From Neocallimastix sp. 'constans' (taxonomy: Eukaryota), in the NCBI GenBank assembly GCA_050613775.1, contig JBODTK010000127.1, positions 1 to 64,000 of the forward strand: a stretch of 64,000 bases of DNA, in the 5' to 3' direction. Both the position numbers and the translations under genes were made by a program. The notes under the pieces are model-generated. The model made no database searches, was not told the DNA's origin, and saw only the letters and a program-made list of their open reading frames with translations. Position 1 is the first letter of the stretch. The number at the start of each line of letters is the position of its first letter. Positions 18,230-29,503 of this stretch are shown in pieces.

Positions 18230-19809
18230 TTTATTATTTATTAGATTTATTTTTTATTTTTCTAAATTTATTAATTTATAAATAAAAATTTTATAATTGA
18301 AATATAAAAAAATAAAATGAAATAAATTTGTTATTATTTATATTATAAAAATATTAAATTTTTAACTAATAGTAGTATTTTTATTATTTCATAAATAATG
18401 AATTTAATATATAAAAGTTAATATAAATTATATTTAATATATTAAATAATTTTTGAATATGAATAATTTTATGATTAATGGTACTTTACAATTTTAATTA
18501 TAAATTTTAGATCAACCAATAAGTATTAGCCAACTTGCTGTGATCACGTGAATAATTAAATTATTTATTATTTAATATACTCAATAAATTAATTTTTTAT
18601 ATATAGAAAATATAGATTTATTAATAAATAATATATTACATTTATATTTATATATAATGTACGATACTTCAATAAAATATTATATATTTAAAAGTATAAA
18701 AACTCGGTTTAAACCATAATAAAGAAAAATTTTACCTAAAATTTTCAAATTAACACCTATAAAAAAAATAATATAACGTACATTAACTAAATAGAAATAC
18801 GTAAATATTCTAATAAATACTCTTTTTATATTTATACTTATAAATATATAAATAAAAGTTAATAATCAAAAAGATTTAAAGTTTTAGATATTAAATAAAA
18901 TATTTTCATAATGCTTATATATATACGAAATATTAAAAAAAAAAAAAAAAATTAATATTTATTTAATTTAAATAAATATTAATTATTCTTTTTTTTTAAA
19001 TGAATAAAAATTAAAATATTTGACCATATAAAAATATTTAACTATTTGCGTAGTAATTCACAATCATTTGTAACAATAGGAATCAATGTAAGAGTTTTTA
19101 AAATCATTATAAACTTTATAATTATCATTTATATATAGAAATATTAATAAAATATTATTTTAAAAAAATCATTTGTATATTTGAAAACTCAGATTTTACA
19201 CTAAATAAATAAATATTATAAAATAAATAAATATAATAATAAATATAATTAAATAAATTCGATTTATGTTTGAAAGTTTTTTTTTTTTTTTATTAATTTT
19301 AATATTTTTTAATTTTTTTATTATTTATTTAATATATATTTTAATATTTCTTAATTAGCATGTGAATATGACTCTTAAGCTTTGAAGTATATAATATTGA
19401 AAATAATAAATTTTGAAGTATATAATATTTATTTTAATAAAATTAAAAGTATATAATATTTATATTGATATTAAAAAGATTCTGATGGATTATTTGTTTT
19501 ATGTTCCATATTTTTATAACTTCAATTATTTGTGTCATACTTAATTAAATAGTTATTTTTAAAATATTCTAAAAATTCCAGAAAATATTGCTATAATTAT
19601 TTTTTTGAACATACTTTTAATATTGGTATAAATATTATATTATTATTTATAATTTTTATTAATAAAAGTCATCATAAATAAAATACATAAATAATATAAA
19701 TAAATTTAAGTATAATTATTTCTGTATTTGTATTCAAATCTATTTTTGCTATTATTTCCATTTTTATCATCATTTTTATTCACCATAATAATATATTTAC
19801 AATTACTAT

Positions 19810-20010
19810 TATTTATTATTTATTATTTATTATTTATTATTTATTATTTATTATTTATTATTTATTATTTATTATTTATTATTTATTATTTATTAATTAT
19901 TACTTATTATTTATTATTTATTATTTATTATTTATTATTTATTATTTATTATTTATTATTTATTATTTATTAATTATTATTTATTATTTATTATTTATTA
20001 TTTGTTATTT
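19810..20010. repeat. (TTATTTA)n minisatellite, left flank of retrotransposon nest
   Basis: Seen directly; the same unit resumes at 24311-24495. Confidence 0.85.
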
Positions 20011-20017
20011 ACTATTT

Positions 20018-21330
20018 GTTAAAAATAAAGTCTAAATTAAAGTTATTAATAATTTTGTGTGTTTACAATAAATTATATTTTCATGTAATATATTGTAAAT
20101 ATAACGCATGGAATATTTATAAGTAGTAAATTATGTAATGTATGATTTATAATAATTTTATTGTCATGTATTAGAAAAACATAGAAGTTATTAATTAATA
20201 AAAAGATAAATCTAAAATTGAAATCAATCACATTTCAATTTATAATAAAAGATTAAGAATCTCATTTTCCTATTAATACTTTAAGTGTTAAAAGTTTACA
20301 GATTATAAATATGTGTTTTAAAAATCTCGTTTAATATTTAAATAGGATAAAGATTACATTTAAAAGTTTTATTAAATGTCGAGTCAAAATTACAATCCAA
20401 CTGGTACAAAAATTTTATTGGATGACTCAAATTTTAATATCTGGAAGGACAAAATCTACATATTATTAAGGGCATACGACCTTTATAAATATGTAAAAAA
20501 AGATTTATAAAAAAAGATAAAGAAGTCCGATATTCCAAATGATAAATTAAATAAACACATAGAAGTCGATAATGATGACGAATATGTGTTTGATAAATCT
20601 GTAACTAATGAAATGATATTAATTGATATAAAAGCAAGGTTTTTAATATCAAATAGCATTAGTGATAAAATTAGAAGCAGAATAAGTTTTATTGATAATT
20701 TTGCATATGATATATATAAAACATTGAAGGAAACATACACTTTCTCGGATAATGAAAAAAAATATGAAATTATTAAAAGATTAGAAGAAATGAAAGAAAA
20801 CAATCTATGTCAATATTTAAAGAATTAAATCTACTAGGTTTTACTCTTACAGATAGAGAAAAAGTCGATTATGTTTATAATGCATTATATAAAGAATTGT
20901 CTGTATATTTGTCTAGTACCCTGATTTACCGGAACGATTGGAAAGGTTTCAGCAAGGAAATAGTCATTGCCCAATACATGCCAAGCACATTCTAAACATG
21001 AGGTGAGGACGAATATATGGAATAAGCAACAATGTCCTAAGTACCGAAACTTATGGAAAGAACTATTCCAACTATAGGAATAAGATCAGATGTTAGAAAT
21101 GTGAAAAATATGGACACAAAGCGTCCTAATGTCCATTAAAAAATAAGAATAAAAAAAAACATACCGTAAGAGCAACAAGGGTGGCCTAGAGAACCTAGTA
21201 TGCAGGGGAGATGAGGCTGAAGAAGAAATTGAAAATTTTATAATCTTTAAAATTGATTATCCAGAGCATGAGTATGAGGCCAACAGTATTACAAATGAAT
21301 GTGAAACAAAACTAGAAAATAACTGTAAAG
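20018..21330 (+). mobile_element. Ty1/copia 5' region (putative LTR starting TGTT) and degenerate gag
   Basis: gag start MSSQNYNPTGTKILLDDSNFNIW at ~20377 is related to the gag at 6234. Zinc knuckle CxKCEKYGHKASxCP at ~21090-21135. Confidence 0.7.
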
Positions 21331-21599
21331 ATTTAATAAAATCTTTAATAATTAATTATGTAATAATTAATTATTAAAGAAAATTTGAATTTACGACTTT
21401 AAATATATAATAATAATTTGTATTATTAATAATAAGAGGTCAAAAAATATTGTAACGAATACTAAATGACAAATGTTGATTATTATCTTAATTTAGAATT
21501 TACTTCTAAAAGTGATAATAATGTGTCAATTAAAAAGGTAGTCATTAACACAAAAATGTTGATTAAAACACTAAAGTTTAAAGTAAGAAAAGAATATTT

Positions 21600-23153
21600 G
21601 TTTTTTTTTATAATAAAACTTCATTTATTAATATAAAATTGTACTTTTTATTATTTTGAATATTTATATTCTTAATAAAAAGTATTTAAAATAAATGAGA
21701 ATAAAAGAAAATAATTTATTAAAACTTAAATTTTAAATTTTTAATTCTTGAATTCTGATTTTTCTATTATTAAAGAAATATTTACAAGTTTTTATATTTT
21801 TCTTTTAAGTTTAAATTATTTAAAATAAAACTATATAATTATTTTAAGTTTAAAATAAAACTATATAATTATTTTAAGTAAACACTTTTAAGATAAAATA
21901 AACAATTTTGTTATTATTAATAAGTTTCTTTTTAATTAATATTAATATCAATTTAAACTGAGATTTAATTTAAAATCGTAAAATAAAAGAATAATTTAAT
22001 ATAAAATACATTGTTCTTTAAATTAAAATAATATTTATTTAATAATTTTAAATCTTTTAATTTATTTTTATTAAAATATTATTTTATAATTATCAATAAC
22101 TAATGAAGAGGGTTATTATTCCATTTTATTGATTTTTCTTAATTTATAATTTGGTTATTTATCAATTCCTCCACCATTAGATTGAACTTCGTCTCTTGAA
22201 GTTGTAATATTTTCTTCTCTTATTGTATATGGATAAACGTTTTTAATATGTACGTTTCTTGCAAGTAATTTTCCAGTTTGTGGGTCTTCTAATACTACTG
22301 TGTTGAATTTCGGTTCTTTTACAACTCTAAATGATCCGTAAAAGTAAGGGTCCAACTTTGTCCTGTTAATTAATCTTATCATCACATAGTCTCCAATTTT
22401 GTATTGTTTCTTTAAGGCTTTATTGAAACCTATTCTGTGTTCCCAATATTTATTAACAGATTCTGAATATCCTATTGCTTCTTTTACCCATTTGTAATGT
22501 CTTAAAAATCTTCGAAAATTAAATTCTTCTTCTGTTTCTCCTTCTTCATAGTGAATATCCGGAAACATGATTTCCATTGGCCAAGTATCCCTTCTTCCAT
22601 ATAATAGTTCAAAACTGCTGAATTTAGTTTTTGAACTTTTTGTTGTTCTAAGTGCCCATAAGACTGATAGAAGACATTCGTCCCATTCCTGTTCTTCCGT
22701 TATTAATAATCGTAATATTTTTCCAATCTATCTATTTCTGTTTTCTATCATTCCATTTGATTGTAGATGGTGTGGTGCGATAAAATGTACCCATGATCCA
22801 TATAAATCGATCATCATTTTTGTAATATCCGAAATGAATGAGGATCCATTGTCTGTTATAATTATTTCTGGTGGTCCATGTTTTGCTATTACTTCTGTTA
22901 AAAATTTAATTACCTGTTCTGATTTAATATCTGGTATAGCTTTGGCTTCTGGCCATTTAGTAAAGTAATCAACTAAAGTAATTATATATTTATTACCTTG
23001 TTTTGTGGTTGGTAATGGTCCGATAATATCTAGTCCTACTCTGGTAAAAGGTTTTTCAATTGGTGTAATATGATCTTCTGTATTTTGTGGTAGTGATTTG
23101 GGTCTAAATAATTGACACTTGTGGCTATCTCCGAGTTCCAAAAAATTAGTCAA
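21600..23153 (-). mobile_element. Ty3/gypsy integrase, PPT and putative 3' LTR
   Basis: PFTRVGLDIIGPLP, VDYFTKWPEA, IITDNGSSF, SNGMIE, GDYVMIR...KLDPYFYGSF (GPY/F module). Purine tract GGTGGAGGAA followed by TG near 22164. The far boundary of the LTR is uncertain. Confidence 0.88.
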
Positions 23154-23159
23154 TATTCT

Positions 23160-23952
23160 GACTTTAATGAACCGGCCAGATATACATGTTTATAAAAGGG
23201 CTCCATTACAGGATGAGAGAAAAACTTGCTATTGTTAATCCAAAAGCAAACAATTTGGAAAACCTATTTAGAGAAGCTGTAATGATTGAAAATTTGACAA
23301 AAAGAAACGATCTTTGAGAATATTACCTCATTCATCAGGACAGAAGGAATTACAACCCAAATGACCCCGTGGATGTCGATCTTTATCGAATTAAAAAGGG
23401 TCAAACTGATACTAGATACTTCCACTCTCACAACAAAAATTATAATGAACAAAATAATCTTTCAAGGGAAGAACAAAAAAGAAAGGGCTTATGCTTTGTT
23501 TGTGGTAAGGCTGGGCATATGCAGTTTAATTGCCCTAACAGGAAAAAACCAAAAAATATAAACCTCATCAATAGAACATCAGATACAGAAGCAGCTTCTA
23601 CTTCTTCCTTTGACCCAACTTCCTCTGTCAGAAGAATTAAATTACTTAATGATAATGAAAACATTAATAGAATTTTGGAAATTATTGAATTTGAGAATAA
23701 GAACTTTAAAGGGAAAACTAATATCCTTGATTTCTATATTAAGACTAATGATTCTGATGAAGTAAAAGTGAAAGTTCTTATTGACTTTGGTTCTAATATT
23801 AATTATATTCACCCAGAATTTGCAAGAGTTAACAATATAAAACTTATAAAGGTTGAAAATCCTTTCAAAGTTGCTGGTCTTGGATATAGTTTATCTACAG
23901 TCAAAAAGATAACTGAAAAGTGTATACTCCGTTTCAAGAACCATTTTGAGAT
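23160..23952 (+). mobile_element. Ty3/gypsy gag C-terminus (zinc knuckle) and aspartic protease
   Basis: PMDVD-like motif, CFVCGKAGHMQFNC CCHC knuckle, VLIDFGSNINYI (D-S/T-G protease remnant). Confidence 0.85.
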
Positions 23953-24310
23953 CATCCTATTAGAATATAAAGATACAAAAGAAATGTTAGCTGACGCTCT
24001 CACTAAAATGAATATGTTTACATATAAGATTTTTAGTATTTAAAAATCTAATTTGAAGGGGAGTGTTAACATATGTTTACTTTAATAATAAAAAGTTATA
24101 CTCTAGCTTAAGTTTAATAAAATATTAAGTTAAATTATATTAAATATATTGTAATTATAAATTAAAATATATTTTAATATGCATCTAGAACAAGCCACAA
24201 TTAAATATAAAAACATGTAATTTTATCTGTACTTTAAATCTTTGTTAACCATTTATATAACACTTGCATTATATATCTAATTATTAATAAATAAATATTA
24301 AACAATAACA
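23953..24310 (+). mobile_element. Ty1/copia RNase H end, PPT and 3' LTR
   Basis: LEYKDTKEMLADALTK, then polypurine GAAGGGGAG, then TGTT...AACA (about 24064-24310). Confidence 0.75.
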
Positions 24311-24495
24311 TTATTTATTATTTATTATTTATTATTTATTATTTATTATTTATTATTTATTATTTATTAATTATTACTTATTACTTATTATTTATTATTT
24401 ATTATTTATTATTTATTATTTATTATTTATTATTTATTATTTATTATTTATTATTTATTATTTATTATTTATTATTTATTATTTATTATTTATTA
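24311..24495. repeat. (TTATTTA)n minisatellite between the retrotransposon nest and the viral-like island
   Basis: Seen directly. Confidence 0.85.
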
Positions 24496-24536
24496 ATTAA
24501 ATTCCTATTTAATATTCTGTTTTCTATTTCTATTAA

Positions 24537-25742
24537 TTAGAATTGTTTATAAATTTTTTTTAATATATTTATTAAATAATATAAAATAAATAAGTAGCTG
24601 TATTCGCAGGACAAACGTAAATCCAAATTCTCACTTTCAGTATTAATTGGTATCTGAACTATTCGAATATGCGATAGTTTATCGTAATATGAACATTTGC
24701 TTAGCTTTTGAACAGCTATGGAAGAATATTCACAAAAATACGATCTAATCGTACCGGATTTGACAATACTATATAAACTTAAATTTAAATTTGACACAAA
24801 ACTATTCGTGTCTAATTTTTTATTTTTATTGTCCATTCCAAAATATTTTACTGTTCGGTGTATGGAACATGGGAAGCAATCAATCCTATTACTAAAGTAG
24901 GACCTACTATTATTAAAATTTAAGAACACTTTCGCTATGCATAAATAGGTGTAAAATTTGGTGTCTCTATCGTCATAGAAAGGACGATCACAATGCAAAG
25001 AATTTGGTGTGAGATAACTGTCGATCATACCATTGATAATGTTAATGATTTCTTCTTTGGATTCCTTTAGATGAGATAAGATGGATTCTAGAGTGGTTTC
25101 TGGAGAAGAATCAGGAATAATTATTTTTATATCTTCGGGGATGTTTTTCCCAATGACATTTTCTATAATAATCTGTTTAATTTCACTCAATGAAAATTTT
25201 GGCTTTAAATAATGAAGCACATACATTAGCGAAATACTTTGCTTTTCATGCGATTTAATTCCCTTAACACGTAATAACTGGAAAAATAAGGAATAATAAA
25301 TTCGAATGTCCAAAAGAACATGTCTTTTCATTTTCGTTATCTTTCGGTGATGATCTTTTCTTGAAAAGGTATAATAGAAATCAAAGTTTGTATGCTCATT
25401 ACTAAAATATTTTATAGATTCTTCAGTCTTTCTCGTATTCAATACTTTCCTTACATATTCAATATATTTATAATCCGTAAACATTTCAAGTGATTGAAAT
25501 TTTCCTTCCCTATTACATTCTTTATATTCAATACAGTTATTTTTATAGATGAAAAAGGGAGTACAAAATAACTCTTGAGAAATAATTACTTTCTCTATTC
25601 CTTCGACGATAAATACACCATCTACAGGTGTTGGTATTTGTATTTCATAAGTGTCATGGACTAAAGAAATAAAATAGGTTTTTTTCTGAATTATCAAATG
25701 ATCATATTGTACTTCAGGAATAACAATGTCCAAGGGATTCAA
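24537..25742 (-). pseudogene. Multisubunit RNA polymerase beta/RPB2-like subunit, N-terminal half (viral/linear-plasmid type), 3'-truncated
   Basis: GVFIVEGIEKVIISQE matches RPB2 GYFIINGSEKVLIAQE. AVQKLSKCSYYDKLSHIRIVQIP...LR matches QVLNR...LSHLRR...PR. Intronless. Homology stops near 24595, before the expected CPxETPEG. Confidence 0.8.
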
Positions 25743-26356
25743 TTCCGGTTTTATATATTCCAGAAATAATTTGATATCAAAGAGCTTCTTTATAAATAAC
25801 TTATCAAGATTAGCACAGTATATTCCACCAGTGGAAAATGTATTTAAAATATTTTCATATATTGATTTAGAAAAAGTTAAAGTCGTTATCGTTGGATGAA
25901 CCTTATGATAATGAAAATGAAATAAGCGATATTGCTATTGCAACTAAAAAAAAAAATATTGTTCCTCCCAAACTTTTGAGAAATATTTACGCCAATTTAG
26001 AAAGGCTTATAAACCAATATCCAATCACCACTTGGATCAATGGCTTGATGAAGGGATATTCTTATGTAATTTTTGTTTTACTCGTCCACGCTTCCAATCT
26101 ACTCCAAAAAGTTATTATTTATTATGGGAGCCATTTATTAATAATTTAGTGGAATACATCTCTAATGATCACCCAGTAGTATTTATGCTATTTGAATCGA
26201 TAGATTCATCCATTCGTAAATTCATTAATGAGAGTAAATGTACGGTTGTAATTATTCCTCATCCCATTAAAAAGTATTTTCAATTCAAAGATTCAAACTG
26301 TTTTGTTGAGGCTCAACAACTTGCTTTGTAACCTTGAATATACTTTTAAGTGGTAA
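25726..26356 (+). pseudogene. Family-1 uracil-DNA glycosylase (UNG-like), frameshifted
   Basis: From the ATG at 25726: YIPPVENVFKIFSYIDLEKVKVVIVG|fs|DEPY...PPKLLRNIYANL|fs|HLDQWLDEGIFLCN...WEPF...VFMLF...PHP...F...CF|fs|TFKW*. This is collinear with UNG motifs PP..VF, VKVVILGQDPY, PPSL.NI, W..QGV.LLN, HPS and terminal W. Confidence 0.82.
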
Positions 26357-26900
26357 CTTTGCTATAAATAAATTAAACTCTAATTTTTACTCTAATTTTG
26401 ATTTTATTTATGACTTATAAATTTTAAATATTTAATGTATTCTATACAATTTTAATTTTTAAAATGGTATAAATATTTTCAAATATTGTTTTCTATTAAC
26501 ATTAAAGATTTTTAAAATATTATAGTAAATTTTTGAAATTAATAAAAAATAAAATATATTTTTAAATTAAATAATTTTATTAAAAAAATAATAATTTATT
26601 TTTTATAAATTCATTAAGGGTACTATTATATTTAATTAGGTATATCTTTTATTTTATTTATTATTTAATTTTATTTATTTATTTATATTTTTATTTTTAT
26701 TTTTTAAAAAAAAAATTAAATTATATATAGTATAATAGGTATTTCGAATCTATAAATTGATAAATACTTAATTTATTTTATTCAATATAAATTTTAATTA
26801 GAATAAGTTGGTTTTATTTAATAATAATTTAGTCTACTCAAACTATTCATATTATAAAATAAAAAGTAGATACAATCTATTGACTTTATATCTATTTCAA

Positions 26901-29271
26901 ATGAATCCAGTGATTCCTAGTAGCCATTATTTATTACTGGATAAACAATTATCATTAGATACTATTTTGGATAATATATATAATCAAATAAGTATCTTTA
27001 AAAATCATAAATTATATAAATCGGGAGATATTAATTTTGAATTAGAATTTAGATTAAGAAATAAATACACAGATATCAATATTAATGATTTCGTTAATTG
27101 TAAGAGTTGTCAATACCACGAGTACCTGTTCAAAGAAAATAAAACGACCAGATACAGAATTATATGCGAATCAAGCTATCCAGCCAATATAAATGACGAT
27201 CAAGATATAAATTTAGAAACTGAAGAGGAAAATGAAAATGGAAAAGAAAAGAAAAAAGAAAACATAAAAAATGAAAAGATTTCGAAACTTTATAAATATG
27301 TCGATGTTAACTCAGAAAAGGAAATCACAGAAACATTAAATGGAAAAGTTGAATTCACTAAAAAGATTACATTGATGACAGCTTATTATTTCATTTATAA
27401 AATTGTACTTAGTATTGAAACCAATATGGACGTAAGCGATATAATAAGTTTTCTAAACAATAGTTTGGCTGAAACCGAAAATGGTAATAATAAAAAAAAT
27501 AAATCTAATAAGGTATTAGATATTTTGCAATTCATTACTCCAACTATAAAATACAGAAAATCATATATTCTTCACAAGGATGTACGAATTGATGTAACGA
27601 AGTACGAGGTTAAAAGCCAATTCGAGATTGATTTCTCAAGAAATATTAATCATGAAAGAAGTGATATGATAAACATTGTACATGATATTATGCTATTACT
27701 TGATTTTTCTAATTTGGTATTAGATTATTTATTTTATTTATTACCAAATTTTGAATTCCAAAAACCAATTACACCGTCACTTGACACCATATTCGATGTT
27801 GCTGATGATCTTGTAAAAATCACGTTCTTTGTGGCTGCTAAAACAGACGGATTACGTCGATTAGTCATTATCATCAATCATTTAATGTTTAGTGTATCTG
27901 AGAATTTCGAGGTGGAATACATAGATTGTATTAGCTCCGATCTTCATTTAGTTTTCGATTGTGAATTTGTAAATGATAATTTTATTCCATTTGATATTTT
28001 TTATCATAATGTTGATTTAAGATCAAAGAGTTTTAAGGAACACATTGCTATTCTTGATTCTTTAAGTTATGACTCCTTCAAGGACAAAATTAAGCGAAAG
28101 AAAATAAGAAAATGCGAAAATTATTCCGATTTACAAAGTTTTATAGAAAATGAAATAAATAATGAAAATAAAAATTGTGTGCCAAATGATGGTATTATTA
28201 TTACGGATGGTGCTTCCACTTATAATTTGCAAAATAGTATTCCTTTTGATGGCCATAGAGTTGAAAATACTAGAGTTTATAAGATTAAAACAAGGAACAC
28301 CGTTGATCTTCGATTTGATGGTCGCTATTTTTACGCTAAACAACATTCAATTAAAATGTCGAATCTAAAAATAACCCTAGCAGAATTTAAAAAAATTTAT
28401 TTAAAGTATTATCAACATAAAAAATTAAAATATGATAAAATAAAAGTATTGCATATTACCGTAAAAAAGTGGATATTATAAATGATACTCCGTTCAATAA
28501 ACGTATGGTTTACTGTCAATTAGTAAAAGAAAAGAAAATTTCTTTTATTATTGAATTTGATTTGGATAAAGGTGTATTTGTGAAATAACGGGAAGATAAA
28601 TGGACTTCGAATAGTTTAAATATTTTAATAGTATAGTTCTTGCTTCTTTTTAAAAAATTAATATTAAAATATTTTCACTGGATTCAAATACCCTAATGCG
28701 TAAATATCATAATAGAATAAAACAAAATATACTTAATGAATGTAAAGGGAATTTGCTTGACATAGGTTCTGGAAACAGTGGAGATCTCCATAAATGGAGA
28801 AATTACAAAAGGGCGGTATGTATTGAACCGGACCTTGAAAAAATTAAAAACTTTAAAGAAAGAATTAAAACATCTGAAATTAAGGACCGCATCGTCCTCT
28901 ACCAAAATAATATTCAAAATATCGATATAGACCAAACGTTTAACATCACTACATGCTTCTTCGCTCTTAACGATTTTAATTACAGCGATGTTGAAGATAT
29001 ACTGAAGAATATTAGCAAAAATATCAATGGAATGTTTATAGTTCTTTTTTTCGATTACTGCTTATTTAAGGACGACATAGATTCACCCTGTGTAAAATAT
29101 CGCCAGTGCATCAATCCATGTACAAATAAATTTATAAATAAAACAGATATGAATTCTCCCACTTATCTTTCGCTTAGATATGCACATAAAGAATGCAATA
29201 ACATTATGTATGTAGACATTAGTGGTTCTAATCTATTGAATAATATAGATAACTTGTGTGTTTCCGTTTAA
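26901..29271 (+). pseudogene. Trifunctional mRNA capping enzyme (RNA triphosphatase, guanylyltransferase, cap N7-guanine methyltransferase), split by lesions at ~28460-28690
   Basis: TPase: ELEFR, RIDVT, FEIDF (tunnel/CYTH motifs). GTase: I KTDG, III FDCEF, IIIa FDIF, IV DGIII, V YKIK, and VI REDKWTSN in the inter-ORF gap. MTase: LLDIGSGNSGDLHKW, CFFALN. Intronless. Confidence 0.9.
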
Positions 29272-29503
29272 TTACATATATAAACTTGAATAAATAATTA
29301 AATAATTACAATATATTATTATAATGCAAGCTCTTAATAGCACTATTAGTTGTATATTGTAATTATGATAGTTATGTGAATATCACTTAAGCATATGTGA
29401 TAAGATATTTAATTTATATTTGAAATGAGTTTGTTTGAATTTAATAAACTGATTTTTATATACTTATTAAAGCAAAACAATTAACTAAATATAAGTTATT
29501 AAG

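Noticed and set aside
26860..26900. Possible yeast linear-plasmid promoter (UCS, ATNTGA) upstream of the capping gene
   Set aside because: Only TATTGA is present, which does not match. Not usable as evidence for pGKL-type identity.
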